42,234 nucleotides of DNA from Alphaproteobacteria bacterium (GTDB lineage Bacteria; Pseudomonadota; Alphaproteobacteria; Micavibrionales; UBA1664): contig JAGWXJ010000002.1 of the NCBI GenBank assembly GCA_018969935.1, positions 1 through 42,234 of the forward strand. Reading direction: 5' to 3'. A program made the translations under genes and the position numbers. Under the pieces are notes generated by a model that worked only from the letters and a program-made list of their open reading frames with translations, did no database searches and had not been told where the DNA came from. Shown one piece after another: positions 1-7,279 of this stretch. Numbering within the stretch: the first letter of the stretch is position 1; every line of letters begins with the position of its first letter.

Positions 1-95
1 GCACGCCCAACTGGTTCAAAAACAAAGCCTTCGGTTGCTTCCAGAACGGTACCGGTGGTCATTACGTGTTCTTCTACACGCTGGTCGAGCGCTAA
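1..95 (+). CDS. 3' end of an unidentified CDS (partial, runs off the window start)
   Basis: Frame 3 is open from the window edge (..TPNWFKNKAFGCFQNGTGGHYVFFYTLVER) to TAA at 93-95. A strong intrinsic terminator follows directly. No family recognised. Confidence 0.35.
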   Translation, partial: TPNWFKNKAFGCFQNGTGGHYVFFYTLVER

Positions 96-120
96 TAAAA
101 TCGCGCTTTAAGTGTTTCGC

Positions 121-150
121 GACAGGCCCTATGATGGGCCTGTCTTTTTT
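121..150 (+). terminator. Rho-independent terminator
   Basis: GACAGGCCC (121-129) pairs with GGGCCTGTC (136-144) across a 6-nt loop, followed by TTTTTT (145-150). Confidence 0.75.
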
Positions 151-167
151 AGAAGAAGGGCCAAGCC

Positions 168-836
168 ATGAATATGCACAGCACTGCCCGCGGCAGCGCG
201 CTTATATACATCCTGATTGCTATTGCTTTGATTGCTGCGCTTACGGCGTCGTTCATGCAGCCGGCCACGCAGCAAACCCGCACGCAAAACAGCTTCAAGC
301 TTGCGGCTGAACTCAACGGGCAGGTGCAAATGGTGCGCGCCGCCATTCAGGATTGCATTTTGCAGTATCCGCAAGGGGATGGGTCCATCAACGTGGCAGG
401 GTACCACCCCAACTATCCGCTCGAGCCGGATTCAACATACTTCCCCACATCGCCTGCCATTCGTGCGGCTGATAAAAACGTGGCCAACCTGCGCTGCCCC
501 GGCAATAACCCCGGCAGCCCCAACCAAGCACAGCACTCGCAAATTTTTGGCGGTTCTACAGGCCGTTTCATGCCTGCCATGCCGGCACTGTTTAACCCCT
601 GGACATACCGCAACGGCACGAACATGACTATCGACGGCGTGACGTTTACCGGCGTCTTCTTCCAGACAACGACGACCAATACGGATGCCTACCTTTCTGA
701 AGCCATGCAGAAGGTTGATGCGCAATTCACGCAGTGCGAGGCCGATTATGTTGACGGCACCGGTAGCAACGGTTGTCCTGCCTCCACCAAGTGCCTGCGC
801 ATCTGGGTCAAGCGCGTGGCGCCTGCCTGCCCGTAA
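168..836 (+). CDS. Membrane-anchored or secreted hypothetical protein with a PilX-N / GspK-like pseudopilin-type N-terminus
   Basis: 222-aa ORF. The N-terminus ARGSALIYILIAIALIAALTA resembles the RG(S/V)AL + hydrophobic helix of PilX_N/GspK-type minor pilins, which lack Glu5. The C-terminal part is Cys-rich. AAGGG lies upstream of the ATG. Confidence 0.55.
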   Translation: MNMHSTARGSALIYILIAIALIAALTASFMQPATQQTRTQNSFKLAAELNGQVQMVRAAIQDCILQYPQGDGSINVAGYHPNYPLEPDSTYFPTSPAIRAADKNVANLRCPGNNPGSPNQAQHSQIFGGSTGRFMPAMPALFNPWTYRNGTNMTIDGVTFTGVFFQTTTTNTDAYLSEAMQKVDAQFTQCEADYVDGTGSNGCPASTKCLRIWVKRVAPACP

Positions 837-847
837 TAGCTGGCTGA

Positions 848-1339
848 TTATTGGGGATGGTCAGATGACCTGCGGCGGTATCCGCCGTGGGGCAGCGGCC
901 AGAATTTTTCCATTGCCAGATACGTGAACGAGGCTGTCCAGGCAATCAGGACAAGGCCGTTCAATACTTCAGCCGCGGCCAGCATGCGGATGTTTTCCGT
1001 CGGGGTCAAGTCACCGAAACCGAGTGAGGTATATGTGGTTGCGGAGAAGTACAAACAATCCAGAAACGTATCGTAGGAAAGGCCAACCGATTTGCCTTGG
1101 CCTACGATTGCGCCGATTTTCGTGAAATTCTCGATACCGAAATAGACCAGCGAATAGAGCCAGATGCTAAGGATATGGCTTAGAAAAATGGGGCCAATAA
1201 GCAAAGGCACCCGCAGGCGTGGCTGCATGGTTAGCTTTGGCAATTTTTCCCAGATAATGCGCATGATTTCATAGGCTATCAGGCAGCAGATGCCGACAGT
1301 GATTGCGGCGGTCATGGATACAACGATAAAAGCGGTCAT
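848..1339 (-). CDS. Small potassium-channel-family protein (Ion_trans_2-type pore domain)
   Basis: 163 aa with several hydrophobic helices. The pore signature YFSATTYTSLGFGDLTP is a TxGFGD selectivity-filter type. It lies 24 nt downstream of the histidine kinase on the same strand. Confidence 0.8.
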   Translation of the reverse strand: MTAFIVVSMTAAITVGICCLIAYEIMRIIWEKLPKLTMQPRLRVPLLIGPIFLSHILSIWLYSLVYFGIENFTKIGAIVGQGKSVGLSYDTFLDCLYFSATTYTSLGFGDLTPTENIRMLAAAEVLNGLVLIAWTASFTYLAMEKFWPLPHGGYRRRSSDHPQ

Positions 1340-1363
1340 GAGGTAAGGTTAGGCTAAAACTTT

Positions 1364-3679
1364 TCAGGCTGCATACTTTTTGGTCAATTCCGCGACTTCT
1401 TTTACGATGCGGGCAAATTCGTATTCGACACCATTGACGAGGCTCTCGCATTTATCGAGTTCGGGCGCTTTTTCCTGCAGTTCGGCGGCTACATCCCCCA
1501 AGGCCACACAACAGGCGGAACGGGCCGCACCTTTGAGGCTGTGCGCGGCTTCTTCCAGATCGTGCGCGTTGTCGGTATCGAATGCCTTGCGGACACGGGC
1601 CACCAGAGGTTTTGTCATTTCGGCAAACATGCCGACCATTTCGATGGTACCGGCATCAACCGCGCCCATCTGGGTTTGCATGGCTTCCAGATCAATAGCG
1701 GGTTTTTCGGCAGGGGATTTGTTTGAATTATCGGCGGCCTCGGCCTTTTTCTGGGATTCCAGAGCCTCGATACCCTGATTTTCCGTCATCAGGCCCCAAC
1801 GCACCAGCAGGTGGCGGAGTTGACCGAGCGATACGGGCTTGAGGAGGCATTCATCGAAGCCTTCCTTGAGGTAATACTGGCGCTGGGCCATTTGTACGTC
1901 GGCTGTCAGGACAATCACGGGGAAATGCCCGAGCGACGGATCGGCTTTTTCACGGTCACGGATTTCTTTGATGAGCATGTAGCCGTCCATCTCGGGCATA
2001 TGGAGATCGGAGAACATGATGCCGTATTTGCCGGTTTCGAGGGCGTTCAAGGCCTCGACACCGTTCAGGGCAAAATCGACTTCGAGGTCGGTCATGGAGG
2101 CGATTTGCTTCTGGAGGATGTTGCGGACGAAATCCGTATCCTCGGCAATCAGCAGGCGGCGCGGGCCTGCCAGCACTTGCCCGCCTGTCTGTTTGGCAGT
2201 GCCTTTGACGGCTTCGCCCAGACCCAAGCGGCTCGCCGGTTTGGAAAGATATGTTGCGCCCATGGAGCGCAAGGCATGCTGCAAACTGAAATCATCGTGC
2301 ACGGTGTACATGACAAGGCCCGTGAAGGGGCGGATGAGGGATATCTCCTTCATCAGCTCCAGCCCCGTGCCATCGGGTAGGCCCTGATCGATGACGGCGA
2401 CATCGAAGGGGCGGCGTTTAATGAGGTCGAGGGCCTCTTGATAGAAGGAACAGGCCTCGACATCGGCGCCCATGGATTTGAGGGAGGATACGATTTCCTT
2501 CTGGCCTTGCGGGTGGTCTTCCACCACCAGTACTGCCAAGCCATCGAGGGAGGGTAGTTTGGCGTTGGCATCCATGGATGTAACGGCCTGCGTGGGGATT
2601 TCGAACCAGAAGGTCGAGCCTTTGCCAACAGTAGAATAGACGCCGATTTCACCGCCCATGAGGGTGATAAGCTTTTTGCAGATGGATAGGCCGAGGCCGG
2701 TGCCGCCGAATTTGCGGGTTGTCGTGTTGTCAGCCTGTACGAAGGCCTGAAAGAGCTTGTCACAGACTTCCTGCGGCATGCCCATGCCCGTGTCGGTTAC
2801 CTCGAAACGGAGGACGATGCCATCGGGTGTTGTGGGTTTTACGCGCTCGGCCTTGGCGGTTACGCGCAGGGTGACCGAGCCTTCCTTCGTGAATTTGAGC
2901 GAGTTGCTCATGAAGTTGATGATGATCTGGCGCAGGCGTTTGGGGTCACCTTTGATAACGAAGGGTACGCCTTGTTCGATATCATCGAGCAGGGCCACGT
3001 TGCCGTGGCGTTTGACGGACAGTGCCTCGATGGTGCCGCGGCAAAGCATGCGGACAGGGACTTCGAAGATATCGAGTTCCATTTTGTCGGCATCGAGTTT
3101 GGCGAGATCGAGGACGTCATCCAGAATTTCAAGGAGACCGTGGGCGGATGTTTTGGCCGTGTTGATCATTTCCTCGATGTTGGGGGCGATTTTTTCCTGC
3201 CCGATAAGTTCAAGGAAACCGAAAACCGCCTGCATTGGCGTGCGGATTTCGTGGCTCATGGTGGCCAGCAGGTTGGATTTCATTTGCGCGGCGGCCTCGG
3301 AAGCCCTGATGGCCTCGCGCAGTTTTTCCTCGGAAGCCTTGATGGTTGTCATATCGACGAACCAGAGGGCGTAGGAGGGGGCACCCTTGTAGTTGAGTAA
3401 TTCGCCCTTCACCTTGAGCGTGCGGTCAATTTTGCTGCCTACGATCTGGACCACGACCTCCTGCTCGAAGGAGCGGGGGTGGTTGTAGAGCACCATTTCG
3501 AGCTCAGGGCCCAGAAAGTCCACAAGGGGTTGTTTGTTGATGATGCCGCGGTAGCCGATAAGCGGGCCGAAGGCAGGGTTGGCGTAGGTAATCGTATAGT
3601 CGCGGCCATTAACAAGGCAGAACCCGAAGGGTGCGGTATCGATTACAGAAAGAAAATCCGTTTGCTGCCCTTCAAGCAT
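1364..3679 (-). CDS. Hybrid sensor histidine kinase: PAS - HisKA/HATPase - REC - REC - HPt
   Basis: 771 aa. H-box SHEIRTPM. G-boxes DTGMGM and GGTGLGLSICK. Two receiver domains (VVEDH..DVAVIDQGLPD..SKP; LIAEDT..FSDLHMPEMDG..LKP). C-terminal HPt motif AHSLKGAARS. Confidence 0.92.
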   Translation of the reverse strand: MLEGQQTDFLSVIDTAPFGFCLVNGRDYTITYANPAFGPLIGYRGIINKQPLVDFLGPELEMVLYNHPRSFEQEVVVQIVGSKIDRTLKVKGELLNYKGAPSYALWFVDMTTIKASEEKLREAIRASEAAAQMKSNLLATMSHEIRTPMQAVFGFLELIGQEKIAPNIEEMINTAKTSAHGLLEILDDVLDLAKLDADKMELDIFEVPVRMLCRGTIEALSVKRHGNVALLDDIEQGVPFVIKGDPKRLRQIIINFMSNSLKFTKEGSVTLRVTAKAERVKPTTPDGIVLRFEVTDTGMGMPQEVCDKLFQAFVQADNTTTRKFGGTGLGLSICKKLITLMGGEIGVYSTVGKGSTFWFEIPTQAVTSMDANAKLPSLDGLAVLVVEDHPQGQKEIVSSLKSMGADVEACSFYQEALDLIKRRPFDVAVIDQGLPDGTGLELMKEISLIRPFTGLVMYTVHDDFSLQHALRSMGATYLSKPASRLGLGEAVKGTAKQTGGQVLAGPRRLLIAEDTDFVRNILQKQIASMTDLEVDFALNGVEALNALETGKYGIMFSDLHMPEMDGYMLIKEIRDREKADPSLGHFPVIVLTADVQMAQRQYYLKEGFDECLLKPVSLGQLRHLLVRWGLMTENQGIEALESQKKAEAADNSNKSPAEKPAIDLEAMQTQMGAVDAGTIEMVGMFAEMTKPLVARVRKAFDTDNAHDLEEAAHSLKGAARSACCVALGDVAAELQEKAPELDKCESLVNGVEYEFARIVKEVAELTKKYAA

Positions 3680-3814
3680 CGCCCATACCGCTTTTGCAAT
3701 GGAAAATTATACCTCACTATTTTACATGATTTGGGGCGGGGCATCCATAGCTAGAAATGTATTGGACATTCGGTGTTATGGATGATTTTATGACGCCGAA
3801 ACAAGGAGTTTGCC

Positions 3815-4828
3815 ATGGGTTATACGGTTGCAGTTGTCGGGGCTACGGGGGTTGTGGGGCATGAAATGCTGGCCACTTTGGAAGCGCGCGCCTTCAACGC
3901 CGACAAGGTGATACCGCTGGCTTCCCGCCAGTCGGCTGGGCGGCAGGTATCCTATGGCGAAAAGGAAGTCCTGAAGGTGCAGGCTTTGGACGATTTTGAC
4001 TTCAAGGGCGTTGATATCGTGCTTTCATCGGCCGGGGCCAAAGTATCGGCCGAATTCGCGCCGCGCGCCGCCAAGGCTGGCGCCGTGGTGATTGATAATA
4101 CCAGCCATTTCAGGATGGACCCCGATGTGCCGCTGGTAGTACCCGAGGTAAACCCAGAGGCTATAGCCGGTTACAAGAAGAAGGGCATTATTGCCAACCC
4201 CAATTGCTCGACCATCCAGATGGTTGTGGCGCTCAAACCGCTACATGACCTCGCGACGGTAAAACGCGTGGTTGTGGCGACCTACCAATCGGTATCAGGC
4301 GCCGGCAAGGATGCTATGGACGAGCTGTTCGAGCAGTCTCGCAAATTTTTCGTGTCCGATTCCATGGAGAGCCAGATTTTCTCCAAGCAGATTGCTTTTA
4401 ACGTTATTCCGCAAATCGATGTTTTCATGGATGACGGTGCTACCAAGGAAGAATGGAAGATGATGGTGGAAACCAAGAAAATCCTTGGCCCGAACATCAA
4501 GGTGGCCGCCACGTGCGTACGCGTGCCCACGTTTATAGGCCATGCGGAGGCCGTGAATGTGGAATTTGAAAACGAGATGACGCCCATGATGGCGCGTGCC
4601 GCATGGAAAAAGTTCAAAGGCGTCAGTGTTATCGAGCGCGAAAGCGAAATGGAATTTATAACCCCCGCCGAAATTGCCGGCGAGGATGATGTATTCGTAT
4701 CCCGCGTGCGCGCCGACCAGACCGTTGATAACGGCCTGTCCTTCTGGTGTGTGGCAGATAACCTGCGTAAGGGGGCTGCGCTTAACGCCGTCCAGATTGC
4801 CGAAGTATTAACCAAAGACTATCTGTAA
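3815..4828 (+). CDS. asd: Aspartate-semialdehyde dehydrogenase
   Basis: 337 aa. N-terminal VAVVGATGVVG Rossmann motif and the active-site region IIANPNCSTIQ. AAGGAG SD lies 7 nt upstream. Confidence 0.95.
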   Translation: MGYTVAVVGATGVVGHEMLATLEARAFNADKVIPLASRQSAGRQVSYGEKEVLKVQALDDFDFKGVDIVLSSAGAKVSAEFAPRAAKAGAVVIDNTSHFRMDPDVPLVVPEVNPEAIAGYKKKGIIANPNCSTIQMVVALKPLHDLATVKRVVVATYQSVSGAGKDAMDELFEQSRKFFVSDSMESQIFSKQIAFNVIPQIDVFMDDGATKEEWKMMVETKKILGPNIKVAATCVRVPTFIGHAEAVNVEFENEMTPMMARAAWKKFKGVSVIERESEMEFITPAEIAGEDDVFVSRVRADQTVDNGLSFWCVADNLRKGAALNAVQIAEVLTKDYL

Positions 4829-5194
4829 GTGGGTTTGCCGATGATGCTTGTGGTCAAGGCTGTGGTATCTGGTTTGCTTATCGCGCTGGCAAGCGAGATG
4901 GCCAAACGTTCGCCGCTTTGGGGCTCGGTCCTTGTATCCATTCCGCTAACATCGCTTCTGACAGCCATGTGGATTCATATTGAATCGGCGGATCTAGAGC
5001 GTAATGCCGTGTTCCTTCGCAATGTTTTCTGGGCGCATTTGCCTACCCTGACATTTTTTATCCTGTGCCCGATCATGTTGCGCCAAGGAATCAATTTCTG
5101 GGTCAGTATTTTCTTTTCACTGGCGGTTACGGCCGCTGTCTTTTTCGCGTATGCCGCCATCCTGCGGCATTTTGGAATACGCATTACCGAGTAA
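4829..5194 (+). CDS. DUF3147-family small membrane protein
   Basis: 121 aa and very hydrophobic. SEMAKRSPLWGSVLVSIPLTSLLTAMWIH matches my recollection of DUF3147. The GTG start abuts the asd stop; ATG at 4841 is an alternative start. Confidence 0.65.
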   Translation: MGLPMMLVVKAVVSGLLIALASEMAKRSPLWGSVLVSIPLTSLLTAMWIHIESADLERNAVFLRNVFWAHLPTLTFFILCPIMLRQGINFWVSIFFSLAVTAAVFFAYAAILRHFGIRITE

Positions 5195-5236
5195 AAATTT
5201 CGCAACGCGGTAAGTTTGGGTAAGTAAAACCCATTC

Positions 5237-5251
5237 TTAACGATTTTTTAA
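5237..5251. promoter_or_regulatory. Perfect CtrA-type box TTAA-N7-TTAA (TTAACGATTTTTTAAC)
   Basis: Read directly in an AT-rich intergenic region about 95 nt upstream of the ptsN-like ATG. The functional assignment is inference. Confidence 0.45.
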
Positions 5252-5340
5252 CAGTTGAGAATTAACAAAGAAACCTTGCCAGTAACGCGGCATTTTGTCT
5301 AAGTTCGCGCCACCAAAACGTCGCGTAGGATTGATTCGTA

Positions 5341-5814
5341 ATGAGCATTCCATTTCCACTTCCCGACAGTATTTTCTACTCCCTTCGTGCCAGCCACCCG
5401 CGTGAAGTATTCAGGCAGATTGCCCACGAACTGGAAACCAATTGCGGCTTACGCGCCGAACCTGCGATAGAACTTCTGATGGCATCGGAAGCTGCGGGTG
5501 GTAGCGCCATCGGTGACGGGGTTGCCGTTATCAGCTGCCGTGCGCCTACGACTCTTGTGCTTAACCGCGTGTGTGCCTTTGCCCGCCTTGTGAAGCCTGT
5601 GGCTTTCAAAGGTGTGGAAACGCACCCGTGCGATCTGGTTTATGTGCTGATTTCACCGGAAGACGAGGCGCAGAAACACTTGCGTGATCTTTCGACCATC
5701 ATCAGGGCATTTCGTGACCATGACTTTACAGCGCGTTTGCGCGCTGAAACGGCCAGCGAAAGACTGATGAACCTTTTCAAGGCGCGTGACGGCGCTTTGC
5801 GCGCAGCCGCCTAA
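5341..5814 (+). CDS. PTS EIIA(Ntr)/PtsN-like protein lacking the phosphorylatable His
   Basis: 157 aa, colinear with PtsN. GGSAIGDGVAVISCR aligns with GSTGIGNGIAIPHGK, and DLVYVLISPED aligns with DLLFALLVPAD. The active-site PH is replaced by IS. Confidence 0.8.
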   Translation: MSIPFPLPDSIFYSLRASHPREVFRQIAHELETNCGLRAEPAIELLMASEAAGGSAIGDGVAVISCRAPTTLVLNRVCAFARLVKPVAFKGVETHPCDLVYVLISPEDEAQKHLRDLSTIIRAFRDHDFTARLRAETASERLMNLFKARDGALRAAA

Positions 5815-5824
5815 ACCCCGCAAT

Positions 5825-6046
5825 TTACTGGACGACTACCGGAAAGAGATTCATGCCCTGTGCGGTTTGCATCGCATGGGCTTCCGTATCCTCGGCGGCA
5901 ATGCGCTCACCGTTTGCGCCGTAGATGGTGTAGGCATCGGCGCCTTCTTCATGAGTTTTCTTTACGTAGGCCACAACTGACTGGCCAAAATTCGCAAAAT
6001 CGCCCGTTGCCGCAAGTTTCAATGTAACCGTTTGCGTTTTCATCAC
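5825..6046 (-). CDS. DUF1150-family protein
   Basis: 72-73 aa (..VAYVKKTHEEGADAYTIYGANGERIAAEDTEAHAMQTAQ..). Its start (GTG 6046 or ATG 6043) overlaps the hsp20 stop. The Hsp20-DUF1150 pairing is typical of alphaproteobacteria. Confidence 0.8.
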   Translation of the reverse strand: MMKTQTVTLKLAATGDFANFGQSVVAYVKKTHEEGADAYTIYGANGERIAAEDTEAHAMQTAQGMNLFPVVVQ

Positions 6047-6492
6047 TTGCCCTCCACGTCTATAACCTGTTCGCCGTTTTTATCAGCCTTGGAAATCTTT
6101 ATTTTCTGCACCTGAGGTTCGGGCACAACGCGCTTCAAATCAATGTGCAGCAAGCCATTATCCAACACTGCGCCAGTAATTTCAATTCCATCGGCCAATA
6201 CGAAACTACGCTGGAACTGACGTGCGGCTATGCCGCGGTGAAGGAAGATGCGCGAAGGGTCATCCTGCTGGCGGCCACGGATGTTGAGCTGGTTATTTTC
6301 CATTTCAACATCCAGTTCATCCATTGAAAAGCCGGCAACGGCCAACGTAATGCGCAGGCCGTATTCGCCAATCTGTTCAATGTTGTAGGGGGGGTAGCCA
6401 TCGCCCGATTTTTTCAGGCGTTCGAAAGAGCGTTCGATGTGGTCGAACCCTAAAAACAGGGGGCTGTCGAGGAGAGTCAGTCGTGTGGTCAT
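6043..6492 (-). CDS. Hsp20/alpha-crystallin small heat-shock protein (IbpA-like)
   Basis: 149 aa. YPPYNIEQIGEYGLRITLAVAGF and the rest of the alpha-crystallin domain are typical of IbpA-type sHSPs. Confidence 0.92.
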   Translation of the reverse strand: MTTRLTLLDSPLFLGFDHIERSFERLKKSGDGYPPYNIEQIGEYGLRITLAVAGFSMDELDVEMENNQLNIRGRQQDDPSRIFLHRGIAARQFQRSFVLADGIEITGAVLDNGLLHIDLKRVVPEPQVQKIKISKADKNGEQVIDVEGK

Positions 6493-6558
6493 AAGCTGTT
6501 GTCCTTTTCAAAGCGACATTGTCGGCCAACCCATGAAGGCGCCAGCCATACCCCTATT

Positions 6559-6585
6559 ATATGGGGGCAGCAGACCAAAAATCAA
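6559..6585 (-). promoter_or_regulatory. Candidate sigma-32 (RpoH)-type promoter for hsp20
   Basis: The minus strand reads TTGATT-N13-CCCCATAT, close to the TTGAA...CCCCATNT heat-shock consensus. It lies 67-93 nt upstream of the hsp20 ATG. Confidence 0.4.
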
Positions 6586-6586
6586 A

Positions 6587-6769
6587 TCAATGGCGGGGTT
6601 TGGTGCCAGTTTTGGTGAAAACGCGGCCGCAATAGCCGCAGGAAACCGTGTTTTTGCCGTCAAAGGTATAGAAAACCTGAGGGTGCCCCATGGGGCCTGA
6701 ACCGCCATCGCAGCAGACTTCATCGGTATCGGCGGGAACGGGGATGGTTTCTGCAGGTTTGTTTAACAT
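6587..6769 (-). CDS. Zinc-finger (zf-CHCC type) domain protein
   Basis: 60 aa. CCDGGSGPMGHPQVFYTF..VSCGYCGRVF is the characteristic zf-CHCC pattern. Confidence 0.8.
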   Translation of the reverse strand: MLNKPAETIPVPADTDEVCCDGGSGPMGHPQVFYTFDGKNTVSCGYCGRVFTKTGTKPRH

Positions 6770-6851
6770 AGCAATATCAAGGTGTTGTTTACGGTTTGGT
6801 TACTTTTGACAGGTATAACAATGGAGTGAAATCAATACGATATCAAGGCCC

Positions 6852-7256
6852 ATGACGCCCCAGCCTTCAAAACACCAGCCAAAACCGGTTTTCGTGGATA
6901 ACAGCGTGGCGGCCCAGCGCCCCGACCAGTATGTCGAGCTGACCGTCGATGCCCGCAAGGTACTGGCTGACTGGAAATCATCGCTTCTGGCGCACGAACT
7001 GCTGGATTCCAACGGGATGGTGAAGGGTGACGACCATCTTTCCGAAAGCCGCCTTGAAAAGCGCGATGCCGTACGCAGCCGCCTTGCCGCCCAGCAACCG
7101 CTTGAAAAACCCATCCTTGGTATCGGTATCTTTGACAATATCGAGATCGGTTCGGGATCCGATATCCTTGCCACGCTGGTGATGGAGGGGGTGACGCACC
7201 TGCCTGTCCATATCAGGAAGGCGCAGGCCCGCGATTTCGACCCCTTTAAAGTTTAG
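6852..7256 (+). CDS. Hypothetical protein
   Basis: 134-aa ORF with AAGG upstream and coding-like composition. No family recognised. Confidence 0.55.
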   Translation: MTPQPSKHQPKPVFVDNSVAAQRPDQYVELTVDARKVLADWKSSLLAHELLDSNGMVKGDDHLSESRLEKRDAVRSRLAAQQPLEKPILGIGIFDNIEIGSGSDILATLVMEGVTHLPVHIRKAQARDFDPFKV

Positions 7257-7279
7257 TCTTTTTGCGGTTTACTGGCCGC

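Noticed and set aside
6493-6558. Possible ROSE-like RNA thermometer in the hsp20 leader.
   Set aside because: Only a 4-nt CCUU/AAGG complementarity to the SD region could be found. I could not build the characteristic multi-hairpin ROSE architecture or the bulged-G SD helix by eye. It needs a covariance-model scan before it can be claimed.
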